Shown piece by piece: positions 29,978 through 39,757 of a stretch of 64,000 nucleotides of DNA. Position 1 is the stretch's first letter. Every line of letters starts with the position of its first letter. This stretch comes from Nibricoccus sp. (GTDB lineage Bacteria; Verrucomicrobiota; Verrucomicrobiia; Opitutales; Opitutaceae), in NCBI GenBank assembly GCA_047602425.1, contig JASGHG010000001.1, forward strand, positions 1,760,001 to 1,824,000, read 5' to 3'. The notes beneath the pieces were generated by a model, which saw only the letters and a list, made by a program, of their open reading frames with translations, did not search any database and was not told the origin of the DNA. The translations under genes and the position numbers were made by a program.

Positions 29978-32455
29978 ATGGACGAACGGCATGAATTTCT
30001 CCAGGCATCGCGAGCGCTTGCATCGATTGTTCGCGGGCTGAAACTGGCCGTTCGGCGGCTCTCGCGCGCGCCCGGTTTCAGTCTCGCCGTGATCTTTTCA
30101 CTCGTGATTTGCATTGGACCGAATGCCGCGACGTTCTCCGCATTGTATGCGCTCGTCCTGAAGCCGCTTCCGTTGCCAGAGCCTGCACAGCTCGTCACGG
30201 TGCAAAACATTGCCGATCGCAGCGGCGGACAAGTCGTGCTTTCCAGCACAACCCAATTTCTCGATTTCAACGCTCACGCGGATCTCTTCTCCGGTTTCGC
30301 CACGATTCGCGCAGAGAGCGGAACGATCGATGGGGCAAACGCCCCGATGCGGGTCAAAATCGACAAAGTGTCCGCCAACTTCTTTGACGTGCTCCGCGTT
30401 CAGCCGCTCGCCGGACGTTTTTTCCATGCCGACGAAGAGACGTCCGGGCGCGATCGCGTGCTGGTGTTGAGTCAACGATACTGGAAAACCCACTACGGCG
30501 CCGATCCCTCAGTCATCGGGTCACAAATATCGCTCGGGGGACAGCCTCATTTGGTTGTCGGCATCGCGCCGGAAATACTCGAGTGCCTGTCGCAAGACAC
30601 CGCCTTCTTCCAACCCTATGCACCGCCTGCCTCCAAGTTCGATCCGCAAACCCGCTATCGCGGCGACATTGCGTTGTACGGCCGGTTGAAACCCGGTGTG
30701 TCGATAAAGGAAGGTTTGGCTCAGCTCACCACCCTCGAAAATAACTTTCGGGCGGAACGCGCCGGGCCTCCCTTGCGGGCCTTGGTCGCGGCCGCGGGTT
30801 ATCGTTTGGCATTGGAGCCCCTCCGGCCCGGCGGTGCCGTCGGGCCGCACGAACCGCTTTGGCTGCTGCAAGGCGGTGCGCTGTTCGTGTTGCTGATCGG
30901 CTGTGTGAACGTCGTGAATCTCTACCTCGCGCGGATGAACTCAAGGCGCGCGGAGCTCGCCATTCGCGTGGCGCTCGGTGCCGGTCGGCCGGCTCTCCTC
31001 ATGGAAACTCTCGCCGAGACTGTGCTGCTGACAGGTATCGCTGTGATTTTGGGCATTGGCGGTGCCTTTGCTGCGCTCCAGGTCTTTAATCATTACCTAC
31101 CGGTATTGGTTGCGGGTGCACCCTTGGTGAAATTGGATGCCGCGGTCCTGTTCACCACCATCGCGGTGGCAGGCTCAATCGCAGTGGCCGTTGGATTCCT
31201 GCCGCTGCAGGTCGTTTACCGCTCCGGCCTGCGTCTCGGTGAATCCCGGACTTTCTCCTCGGGCGGACGCGCCCGCCATCTGAGCAGCGCACTGGTGATG
31301 AGCCAGGTTGCATTTGCCGTCGTGCTCCTTGTCGGTGCGACATTGTTGTTGCGCAGCTTCACCAAAGTAATGGCGAACGATCCCGGTTACGACGCCGCCC
31401 ACACGGTCCTCGCCAATGTCGCGTTGCCTAATTCCTACAACAATGCCGCTTCGCGCGTCGACGCTCAGCGGCGTATCCTCGATGCCTTCAAGGCGGTTCC
31501 TGGTGTCGAAAATGCAGCGGCCACATTGCGCACCATCCTTGGCAACGAACGTCCGGTGCCGTTTGGCCGACGCGGCGAACAGGCGTCTCCTGAATCGCAA
31601 CCGTTGATTCACATCATTGCCGTCTCACCGGAATTTTTCGAAACGCTGGGAATGCCGGTCCTGTCGGGCCGTAGTTTCAATGACGCTGACGATTTCTCAA
31701 AAACTCCCGTCGCCATTGTCGATCGCTCTTTCAAAGAACGGTATTTCCCAACCACCCCCGTGGAGGGCGAGGAGATTTATCTCAATTGGGGATTGCCGCT
31801 CGCGGTCGATGGATGGCCGCGCATTGTCGGTGTGGTCAGTCGCGCAAATTTCACCGGTTTGGACAGTCGCGATAACCTACCCATCGTCTATGTGCCAACC
31901 GTGGGCTATCCGTCGCGCGGGTTCGACGTCGTGGTCCGGTCACGGCGTGCCACTGCTGATTTGCTTCGCGATTTGCGCACGACGCTTGGCCATATCGACC
32001 CCATGATCCAACTGCTTGGCGCAAACACGCTCGACACAACACTCACCAAGCTCCTGATGCCGCGCCGGGGCATCACACTTCTAGTCGCACTTTTCTCCGC
32101 GCTTGCGTTGCTGCTGGCGGCCATCGGCCTGTATGGAGTTCTCTCCTACGATGTTTCACAACGCACGCGCGAGATCGGCATTCGCAGCGCGATCGGCGCA
32201 TCGCGGGGACAGATCGTCTCGTTGATTCTGCGCGATGGCGCGCTCACGACCGGCGTCGGACTTGCCGCTGGCGTTTTCGGCGCTGTTTTTCTGACGCGCT
32301 ACCTCGGCTCACTGCTCTTCGGAATCAACGCAGCCGACTTCATAACCTATGCGACCGCGCTAATACTTCTCGCCGGAGTATCCTTTGTCGCCTGCTGGTT
32401 GCCTGCTCTGCGCGCAGCCAAGGTCGATCCAATCATCGCATTGCGAGCGGAGTAA
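29978..32455 (+). CDS. ADOP/MacB-like duplicated ABC permease
   Basis: VLLIGCVNVVNL, ELAIRVALGA, QRTREIGIRSAIGA, PALRAAKVDPIIALRAE. Confidence 0.92.
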   Translation: MDERHEFLQASRALASIVRGLKLAVRRLSRAPGFSLAVIFSLVICIGPNAATFSALYALVLKPLPLPEPAQLVTVQNIADRSGGQVVLSSTTQFLDFNAHADLFSGFATIRAESGTIDGANAPMRVKIDKVSANFFDVLRVQPLAGRFFHADEETSGRDRVLVLSQRYWKTHYGADPSVIGSQISLGGQPHLVVGIAPEILECLSQDTAFFQPYAPPASKFDPQTRYRGDIALYGRLKPGVSIKEGLAQLTTLENNFRAERAGPPLRALVAAAGYRLALEPLRPGGAVGPHEPLWLLQGGALFVLLIGCVNVVNLYLARMNSRRAELAIRVALGAGRPALLMETLAETVLLTGIAVILGIGGAFAALQVFNHYLPVLVAGAPLVKLDAAVLFTTIAVAGSIAVAVGFLPLQVVYRSGLRLGESRTFSSGGRARHLSSALVMSQVAFAVVLLVGATLLLRSFTKVMANDPGYDAAHTVLANVALPNSYNNAASRVDAQRRILDAFKAVPGVENAAATLRTILGNERPVPFGRRGEQASPESQPLIHIIAVSPEFFETLGMPVLSGRSFNDADDFSKTPVAIVDRSFKERYFPTTPVEGEEIYLNWGLPLAVDGWPRIVGVVSRANFTGLDSRDNLPIVYVPTVGYPSRGFDVVVRSRRATADLLRDLRTTLGHIDPMIQLLGANTLDTTLTKLLMPRRGITLLVALFSALALLLAAIGLYGVLSYDVSQRTREIGIRSAIGASRGQIVSLILRDGALTTGVGLAAGVFGAVFLTRYLGSLLFGINAADFITYATALILLAGVSFVACWLPALRAAKVDPIIALRAE

Positions 32456-32479
32456 AAACTCACGTTGTATAGTTTTCGT

Positions 32480-33451
32480 TCAGGCCCGTTTAACCGGCCA
32501 CAAGTTCAACAGTAGATTTGCCAGCGTGATCAAGCCGCCACCGACGAGAAGACTCCACGTCGCTGTCTCGTTGGCATAGGCAATTCCGCCCCATCGCGAA
32601 TAGAGCGCCGGCAACCAAAGGGCAAACAACGACCCAAAAATTGGTTCTATACAATAGATCAGGCCTGCCTCGATCGCGCTGATTTTTGGTTGCCAGCGAT
32701 TCATGATGGTAAATGCGGCGAGGGTGCACGTTAGTGTGAGCAGAAGCGTCAGACCCATCCATGGAGGCGAGGAGCACAAGGCCGTCACCGCACCCGCGTT
32801 CGGCGTGATCCAAATCGATAAACTGGAGAAGATCACCGCTTCCGTCGAAAACATCACGGTCGTGATCCGCAACGCGTCGTTTGCACCAAATTCTTTTCTT
32901 TCCAGGCAGAGAATCTGTCCGGCAAAGAACACCGAGCACGCCAGCGTGTCCCACTCGCCACGCCCAAACGAGAGCGAATACCAGTCAAACCGCCCAAGGA
33001 TCGCCACACCTCCAAGCACCAACAGGCCCGATACCCAGACGCGCGCCCCCGGATTCCGCCTCTGCCTGACTGCAAACCAAACTGGAATCAGGATCGCATA
33101 AAGCTGGGTGAGAAAGGCCGAAGTCGATGCATTGGTGGATTGCAGGCCGGCATTCTGAAAAATTGTACCTAGCGACGTGAAAAGTCCCAGCTCGACGCCT
33201 TGCCGAATTTCCAAACGCGTCAGCGCACCCAGCTTTCGCGCCTGCCACACGATCATGATCAGCGCGGCCAGCACGTAGCGCGGTGTGACCGTCATCGCCG
33301 TCACAAATCCGACCGAACTTCCCGGGACGATTGCCTCGTGCATTAACACGAGCCCCTTGATCGTCGGAAAACTCAGGCCCCAAAACAAATTCGCCAGCAG
33401 CAACATCGTCAGCGCTCGAAAATGTTCCGGGTTCTGCTGGTTCGGGTTCAC
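32480..33451 (-). CDS. DMT/EamA family transporter
   Basis: FWGLSF, about 10 TM segments, LIYCIEPIF. Confidence 0.88.
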   Translation of the reverse strand: MNPNQQNPEHFRALTMLLLANLFWGLSFPTIKGLVLMHEAIVPGSSVGFVTAMTVTPRYVLAALIMIVWQARKLGALTRLEIRQGVELGLFTSLGTIFQNAGLQSTNASTSAFLTQLYAILIPVWFAVRQRRNPGARVWVSGLLVLGGVAILGRFDWYSLSFGRGEWDTLACSVFFAGQILCLERKEFGANDALRITTVMFSTEAVIFSSLSIWITPNAGAVTALCSSPPWMGLTLLLTLTCTLAAFTIMNRWQPKISAIEAGLIYCIEPIFGSLFALWLPALYSRWGGIAYANETATWSLLVGGGLITLANLLLNLWPVKRA

Positions 33452-33533
33452 GACAAAAAGATACTGCGGTCTTCAACGAAAACTCAACCTCCCTCCTTTT
33501 GGTCGAACGAGGAGTCGACGCGAGAGAAACAGT

Positions 33534-34688
33534 CTAGGGCGTCGAGCTTTTCTCGACGACAAAGTCCGGCTGCGACCGCGCTACGTGGATCAAGCCGTCG
33601 TCATCGAATTCCACTTTCACGATCGCGGGCTTTTCGCGGAAGGGCGACTGGTTGTCGTTACCGAAATAGCCACACCACCACTGTCCCTCCTTGTCCCTGA
33701 AATAATTCGTGCCGCCGCCGCAGGGCACGGCTTCGTGGCGGCGTTCGTACGGCCCGTAAATCTTTTCGGACACAGCGACCATGCTGCTATAACGCCCTTC
33801 GTACATATCGGCCGCCGTCAGATAGTATTTGCCGTCCTTTTTGAAAAGGTACGCACCTTCATGTCCGATGTCGGAACAATTGCGCCGCGACGGGCAGGTC
33901 TTGGCGTGATGCTCTGGATTCGTGTCGGGTTTCAATAGTTCGGGTTTGCGTGGTTCTTCAGCCAGAGCGCTCAGATCGTCGTTCATGCGGGCGATCCAGC
34001 CACCGCCGTACACGAGATAAACCGCGCCATCGTCATCCTCGAAGAGCGACGCATCGATGTCGGTCGTCCATTTGCCGTCATCTTTCAGCGCGTTCACGTA
34101 AGGCCCTTCCGGTCTGCCCGTCGTGCTTTTTAAAAGCCCGCGATCGCCGGGCGGCATACTGAGCGTGACGAAGTAATTTTTCAGTCGCTTGACGTAGTGC
34201 AGCTCCGGAGCCCAGAGCGCCCGAACCGGTTTATTGTGCCAACGCCAGTTTTTCTGCCACGTGGCATCTTTCTCGAACGTCCAAACCAAACCGAGGCAGG
34301 TCCAGGTCTTGAGATCGGCCGAACGCCAAAGCTCCACACCATCGTTGTGATCCCAAATATCCTCTCCCGACGAACCCGTGAGGTAATAATTTCCATCGCC
34401 GCCAAGGATCACAACGGTGTCGCGAATTTGCGTGTCGGGAATGAGTGGTTTTAGCCGCGGAATCAAGCCGGCCGTCACGGTGGAACCCGTGGCGCTGCGA
34501 CTAAATTTTTCCCAACGCCCTTGTCTCGCCGCCCCAGGCCCGCTGATCCCCAGGCCTTTTTGCTTTGGAGTTGGCGCCGGCACGATTGCGCCGCGTTCCG
34601 GCTGCGCCGTTGCCTGACCGGCCATTTCGACGACGGGCAGCGTTGCGCAGGTTAAAAACGCCAGCGTAAACAACACGAACTTACTCAT
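33534..34688 (-). CDS. Glycoside hydrolase family 43
   Basis: IRDT, WAPELHY, IDASLFEDDDG, HEGAYLFK; signal peptide. Confidence 0.9.
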   Translation of the reverse strand: MSKFVLFTLAFLTCATLPVVEMAGQATAQPERGAIVPAPTPKQKGLGISGPGAARQGRWEKFSRSATGSTVTAGLIPRLKPLIPDTQIRDTVVILGGDGNYYLTGSSGEDIWDHNDGVELWRSADLKTWTCLGLVWTFEKDATWQKNWRWHNKPVRALWAPELHYVKRLKNYFVTLSMPPGDRGLLKSTTGRPEGPYVNALKDDGKWTTDIDASLFEDDDGAVYLVYGGGWIARMNDDLSALAEEPRKPELLKPDTNPEHHAKTCPSRRNCSDIGHEGAYLFKKDGKYYLTAADMYEGRYSSMVAVSEKIYGPYERRHEAVPCGGGTNYFRDKEGQWWCGYFGNDNQSPFREKPAIVKVEFDDDGLIHVARSQPDFVVEKSSTP

Positions 34689-34723
34689 GCGCCCAAATAT
34701 ATTTCTCCGGGCAACCGATGCCA

Positions 34724-35692
34724 TCACGGAATTAGCAGCACTTTGCCGGTGGTCTCGCGGCTTTCGAGCGCATGGTGCGCGGCGGCGGCTTCGGCCAGCG
34801 GAATCGTGGCTCCGATGCGCACCTTGAGTTCGCCCGCGGCAACCCAGCCAAAAAGATCGTCGACGCGCTTTTGTATCTCTTCGATGGTTTCTGTATAATG
34901 TCCGAGCGTCGGCCGCGTGAAAAACAACGAACCTTTCTGCGAAAGAATCAGTGGCGAAAATGGCGGCACCGGTCCGCTCGCGTTGCCAAACGATACCATC
35001 ATGCCGCGAGGACGCAGGCTCGCGAGACTGCCTTCGAAAGTGTCCTTGCCCACGGAATCGTACACGACGTCCACTCCACGGTTTTTGGTGAACAGCCGCG
35101 CCACCTCCGCAAAATTTCCCTTGCCGCTCACCACAACTTCTTCCGCGCCGGCTTCACAGGCGAGTAGGACTTTTGCCTCCGAGCCCACGACCGCAACCAC
35201 GCGTGCGCCGCGTCGCTTCGCGATTTGGGTGAGCAAAAGCCCGACGCCACCCGCCGCCGCATGCACCAACGCCGAGTCACCCGGTTTCAGCGGAAAAACA
35301 TCGCACGCGAGATAATGCGCCGTCATTCCCTGCAACATCAGCGCCGCAGCGGTTGCACTTTCGATGCCCTCCGGTACACGCACAGCCGCCGATTCCGCCA
35401 CGACGGCTTGCTCCGCGTATGCGCCACAAACCTTGGCCGAGGCGATGCGGTCGCCCACGTGAAATCGCGTCACGTTGTCACCGACACGCAACACCACTCC
35501 CGCCGCTTCAAGCCCGAGCGTCGTGGGCAACGGCACCGGGTACAGCCCCGTGCGTTGATAGACATCGATGAAATTTATTCCTGCCGCTTCGACGCGGAAC
35601 ACGACCTCGTTGGCCTCCGGCTCCGGTGCCTCGACTTCTTCGTAACTCAAAACTTCCGGGCCACCGTTTTTTGAAATTCGAATCGCGCGCAT
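34724..35692 (-). CDS. qor: Quinone oxidoreductase (zeta-crystallin/MDR family)
   Basis: GINFIDVYQRTGLY, HAAAGGVG, VVYDSVG, SFGNASG, TTGKVLL. Confidence 0.9.
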   Translation of the reverse strand: MRAIRISKNGGPEVLSYEEVEAPEPEANEVVFRVEAAGINFIDVYQRTGLYPVPLPTTLGLEAAGVVLRVGDNVTRFHVGDRIASAKVCGAYAEQAVVAESAAVRVPEGIESATAAALMLQGMTAHYLACDVFPLKPGDSALVHAAAGGVGLLLTQIAKRRGARVVAVVGSEAKVLLACEAGAEEVVVSGKGNFAEVARLFTKNRGVDVVYDSVGKDTFEGSLASLRPRGMMVSFGNASGPVPPFSPLILSQKGSLFFTRPTLGHYTETIEEIQKRVDDLFGWVAAGELKVRIGATIPLAEAAAAHHALESRETTGKVLLIP

Positions 35693-35902
35693 AACGAGAA
35701 CAGATTCATTCCGCCCAAACTCGCAACTTCGAAGAATATCCAAAAACAACCGCTGCCGTTTCCCGTCCGCTTACCATCGCCAATTACCTTCCGGGGAAAA
35801 CCATTGCAGTCCGCTTGCCCGACCGGAAAACCTGGCATAGTCTCCGTGCGGCGCAGCGTTCAGTACTTACCCCAACCACAGTCCTCGAACCAAGGCATTT
35901 CC

Positions 35903-36742
35903 ATGAGCGACAACCGGCAGGAACCGCTTCCGAAGAAATCGAAGAAAGTTAAACGCACCAAAGATTCCGACGTCATGGCAACGATTTCGGGTTCCTTGGA
36001 GGAAATGGCCAAAGTCCATTGTGCCCATCGCAACGATAAGGTCGCCAGGATACTTGGCTTCTGCACCGTGATCCGCCATCGCCACCCGGTTAGCCTCACC
36101 GGCTCGTACGCGGGGGCAGAATGGCAAATCAACCGCGACGCAATCGAGACCGCCTACAAGGTTCCTCCCGAATGGGAGCAACGCATTGCAGCCGCCAAGC
36201 TCAGCAAGGAGGAATGCGCGAAGATCGAAGGGAAGTTCACTTCGCGGCAGGATGCGCATCACGCGCCCTGTCGTCTGCGGCTCAATGGGCGTTCGCTCGA
36301 TTCGTACTTTAGCGATCCGTCTTTGCGCCATCGGTCCGGCGAAGATACTCTCCGTGTCATCGCCATTCAGGCTCTCTTTGGCGCGGTCGACCCGCTCCCG
36401 AGCATTTTCAACGAATGCGACAGCCAGGCAGAGCACGCCCACCTCAAGAAGGCGCTTGTCGCTGCAAGCATGACGATCAATCCGAATGGTCCAGTATTGA
36501 ACGAAAAAATACTGACCGAAGCGCAAACCGAAGCCTTCGACGTCTGGCTGGAGAAAGCGGATATCGCTTTTGCCCAAACACTCGCCAGTAACCAAACGAT
36601 CCGCGACAAGTCACCGGAAGGCAGCTGCGAACGACTGTATCGCGACGCCAAAATCACGATCCTTGAGTACTACCGGCGTTTTACCGCCACCGAGATTCCC
36701 CTGATGGGCGGGGGTGCGGCGGCCTCGTTTCTCGACGACTAA
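35903..36742 (+). CDS. Hypothetical protein (possible His-Me finger nuclease)
   Basis: 279-aa ORF filling the intergenic gap; DAHH...PLPSIFNECDSQAE motif. Confidence 0.6.
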   Translation: MSDNRQEPLPKKSKKVKRTKDSDVMATISGSLEEMAKVHCAHRNDKVARILGFCTVIRHRHPVSLTGSYAGAEWQINRDAIETAYKVPPEWEQRIAAAKLSKEECAKIEGKFTSRQDAHHAPCRLRLNGRSLDSYFSDPSLRHRSGEDTLRVIAIQALFGAVDPLPSIFNECDSQAEHAHLKKALVAASMTINPNGPVLNEKILTEAQTEAFDVWLEKADIAFAQTLASNQTIRDKSPEGSCERLYRDAKITILEYYRRFTATEIPLMGGGAAASFLDD

Positions 36743-36822
36743 ACTGCTGCGCTTTGCCTGTGCTCGTGCGCGCGCAACTCCGTCGAAATTCTCCGCCACA
36801 CCTTCCCTGCCGCCCGCCTTTG

Positions 36823-37209
36823 TTAGTCTTTGTTTTTCGTCGTGTAGGTCGATTTCTCGAACTCAAACGCGATGTCTTCGTATTCGTGGATATTGAGGAA
36901 TTCGGGCATCTGCGCGTCAGGCATCACCATATTGATCCAGGCAATTTTCGCTTTCTCCAGAGTGATGGTGACGTAAACGCACTCCGGACCGCTTCTGGGA
37001 AGATGCCAGAGGTCCAGTTTCCATTTATCGAAAACGGCTTCCTCGTTCATCTTGGTGTGAAACGCATCGGTGGATGCATCGATCTTTTTTCGAATGACGA
37101 ACACCTGATTGTCGCCAGGGGCAGACTGGTGGTTGAAGGCGATCACCGGGGTATTGCCCTTGGGCGAAACTCCCGTGACGCTTGATTCGAGATATGCGAG
37201 TAGGGGCAT
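36823..37209 (-). CDS. Divergent Hcp/TssD-like tube protein
   Basis: Pattern AYL..VIAFNH..FVIRKKIDAST..WKLDLW..YVTITLEKAKIAWI..MP..EYEDIAFEFEK parallels the Hcp1 family. Confidence 0.7.
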   Translation of the reverse strand: MPLLAYLESSVTGVSPKGNTPVIAFNHQSAPGDNQVFVIRKKIDASTDAFHTKMNEEAVFDKWKLDLWHLPRSGPECVYVTITLEKAKIAWINMVMPDAQMPEFLNIHEYEDIAFEFEKSTYTTKNKD

Positions 37210-37313
37210 GAGCGAAGGGAGCGCGTTTTTCCCCCATGTCAAGGTGACCGCACCAACAAACTTTTCATACGTCGAACCCTAGACCCTCGCGGCATATATT
37301 CCATGTTCCCGCG

Positions 37314-38699
37314 TCAGGCGGCATCGTCCTCGCTTTTGGTCGCCAGTGCTGGCGTGCCGAAGTTGGCGTGAGCCTTGGCGTCGTCGAATTCGCCCTCCCA
37401 ACGCGCCACAACCACGCTCGCGAGACAATTTCCCAACACATTGACCGACGTGCGCGCCATATCGAGCAGTTCGTCCACCGCAAAAATCACGGCCGCGCCT
37501 TCCAATGGCAGGCCAAACGAACTAAGCGCTGCCAGCAGCACGATGAGGGATGCGCGCGGCACCGCGGCCACGCCTTTCGAGGTGACCATCAAAGTGAGCA
37601 TAAGCAGGATCTGTTGACCGATTCCGAAATGCAGGCCGCTCGTCGCCTCCGCCGCTTGCGCGACAAAAACCGAGGCCACCGCCAGGTGCAGCGTCGAGCC
37701 GTCGAGGTTGAAAGTATAACCAGCCGGCAGAACAAAACCCACAATGCCGCGTGGAACGCCGAACTTCTCCATCAGGGCGAATGCCTTGGGCAGCGCCGAC
37801 TCGCTGTTCGCCGTGGCAAAGGCGATGGTGAATGGTTCCCGCATGGCCCGCACAAAAGGCCGCAGCGGCACGCGTGCAATGCGAATCACCAGCCCCAGCA
37901 CCACGATCACGAAAACGGCCAGGGCGGCGTACAGCGTAAACACCAGCTTGCCCAGATTCACCAGGACTCCCAGTCCCTGATGCCCCACTGTCACGGCGAC
38001 GGCCGCGCCCACGCCGAGGGGCGCAGCCAACATGACAATACCGGCAAATTTGAACATCACCTGGGTCAGGCTTTCGCACCAGTTGAGCATCGGACGGCCG
38101 GCCTCCCCGGCCGCAATCACCGCCAGCGCGAAAAGAACGGAAAACGACACGATCTGCAGCACATCGCCCCGCGCCATGGCGTCGATCACGCTCGTCGGGA
38201 AAACGTGCAAAAGCGTCTGCACGAGGGTGAGCGGCTTCGTTTGCGCTGCCGAACCAAGCGCCCCCACCTCGACGCCTTGCAAAACGATGCCTGCGCCGGG
38301 CTTGACCACGTTCACCATCAACAGGCCGATCGCCAGCGCCGCAGTCGTGACGATTTCAAAGTACAGAATCGCTTTCACACCGATCCGCCCGACCCGCTTC
38401 AGGTCGCCCGTTCCGGCAATGCCCTGCACGACACTACCGAAAATCAGTGGGGCGATCATGGCCTTGATGAGATGGAGAAAAATATCTCGTGGCAGCATGA
38501 CCCACTCCAGCCAGCGGTTCTTCTGCGCCACCACGGCGTCCTTGTCGGCGCCGGTCAGTCCCGTCACGTCGAAATGCGCATTTATCCACCAACCAAGCAG
38601 CGTCCCCAATACCAGCGCCAGCAGGATCTGCTGCGTCATCGTGAGACGATACCAGGGCTTACCTCTCGCTACTGGTTGTTCGGAAGAAATATTTTCCAT
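37314..38699 (-). CDS. Dicarboxylate/amino acid:cation symporter (GltP/DctA family)
   Basis: AFATANSESALP, GYTFNLDGS, SKGVAAVPRAS, DMARTSVNVLGN. Confidence 0.95.
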   Translation of the reverse strand: MENISSEQPVARGKPWYRLTMTQQILLALVLGTLLGWWINAHFDVTGLTGADKDAVVAQKNRWLEWVMLPRDIFLHLIKAMIAPLIFGSVVQGIAGTGDLKRVGRIGVKAILYFEIVTTAALAIGLLMVNVVKPGAGIVLQGVEVGALGSAAQTKPLTLVQTLLHVFPTSVIDAMARGDVLQIVSFSVLFALAVIAAGEAGRPMLNWCESLTQVMFKFAGIVMLAAPLGVGAAVAVTVGHQGLGVLVNLGKLVFTLYAALAVFVIVVLGLVIRIARVPLRPFVRAMREPFTIAFATANSESALPKAFALMEKFGVPRGIVGFVLPAGYTFNLDGSTLHLAVASVFVAQAAEATSGLHFGIGQQILLMLTLMVTSKGVAAVPRASLIVLLAALSSFGLPLEGAAVIFAVDELLDMARTSVNVLGNCLASVVVARWEGEFDDAKAHANFGTPALATKSEDDAA

Positions 38700-38832
38700 G
38701 ATGAACGTCCGCGTTACTTTTCGCCGTTTCCAAGAATTCGGATTGCACCCATGGGCCTCAAGAGATGCATTCCGGCCCCGCTAGCAAGGCACGGACCGAC
38801 TTGGCGGGCACTTTTTTGGCGGTTCAATTCGC

Positions 38833-39687
38833 TTAGCTGACTTGCACCTCTCCGCGACGAAACCGAGCCGGCGGAACGCCACTCCAGCGGCGAAATGCGA
38901 CTGAAAACGAATACACCGATGCGTAGCCGACAGCTTGGGCAACCTCGTCCAATTTGACCGGGGACGATCGCAGCATGGTGCTCGCCCTCTGCAATCGAAG
39001 ATGCGTCAACTGCTCGAAAGGACTGCGTTGACAATACTGATGGCAGAGTCGTCGCAAATGTTCCTCGCTCATGCAGGCGTGTTTCGCCAGTTCGGCAACA
39101 GACCATTCGCGCGCCAAGTCCGCCTCGACCTTATTCCACAAGCGCGAAAGTCGCTGGTCGACCGATTCCACACCCGCCAACCTTCGCACCGTGGCATCGA
39201 GAAGCGTGACGAGCGCCTCGAGCACGGCAGGTTTCGCCGCATTCGCGGCCTCGCGGGTCAGCATTTTTAGAATCGTCACAAAGTCGCCGGCGTCAGCCGT
39301 GACGAGTTGAGGCTCTCGCCCTTTCAGAGCAGGTGCCGAAACATGGTCGTCAAAGAAAACCCACGCGATGTTCCACGGCCCGGATCCGTCCACTTCGAAG
39401 GCATGGTGCGCGCCGACAGGAGCCAGCAAGACTTGGCCGGGTCTCCAATCGACCGCCTTTCCATCGATGAGCGTGCGGCCCCGGCCCGCAATCGACGCGA
39501 CGACATGGCTGTGCACCGAACGCAGCCGAACCATTCGGTAGGGATTACGAACGATGCTGTGACCCACCCAGATAAAACGTGCGTTTCGCAAAATCGGAAC
39601 ATGGTCGCTGTCCAGCATGTGTTCCCGGCACTTGCGTCCGACTATGTGGGTTTCGCGAAAAAATTCGGGGACGTGGCGAATTGGCAT
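38833..39687 (-). CDS. AraC family transcriptional regulator
   Basis: Cupin-like N-terminus and C-terminal VGYASVYSFSVAFRR HTH; divergent from GH127. Confidence 0.9.
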   Translation of the reverse strand: MPIRHVPEFFRETHIVGRKCREHMLDSDHVPILRNARFIWVGHSIVRNPYRMVRLRSVHSHVVASIAGRGRTLIDGKAVDWRPGQVLLAPVGAHHAFEVDGSGPWNIAWVFFDDHVSAPALKGREPQLVTADAGDFVTILKMLTREAANAAKPAVLEALVTLLDATVRRLAGVESVDQRLSRLWNKVEADLAREWSVAELAKHACMSEEHLRRLCHQYCQRSPFEQLTHLRLQRASTMLRSSPVKLDEVAQAVGYASVYSFSVAFRRWSGVPPARFRRGEVQVS

Positions 39688-39757
39688 ACCGAAGCAAATT
39701 TGGTTAAATATCGGCCCTCGGCAAATCAACCGACAACGCCTTTCCCGAAAAAATTCC

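Noticed and set aside
28900..30270. 456-aa minus-strand ORF
   Set aside because: Overlaps the CHASE3 and permease genes on the opposite strand; no recognisable features
37368..38840. 490-aa plus-strand ORF
   Set aside because: Antisense shadow of the DAACS transporter; no motifs, typical of GC-rich codon bias
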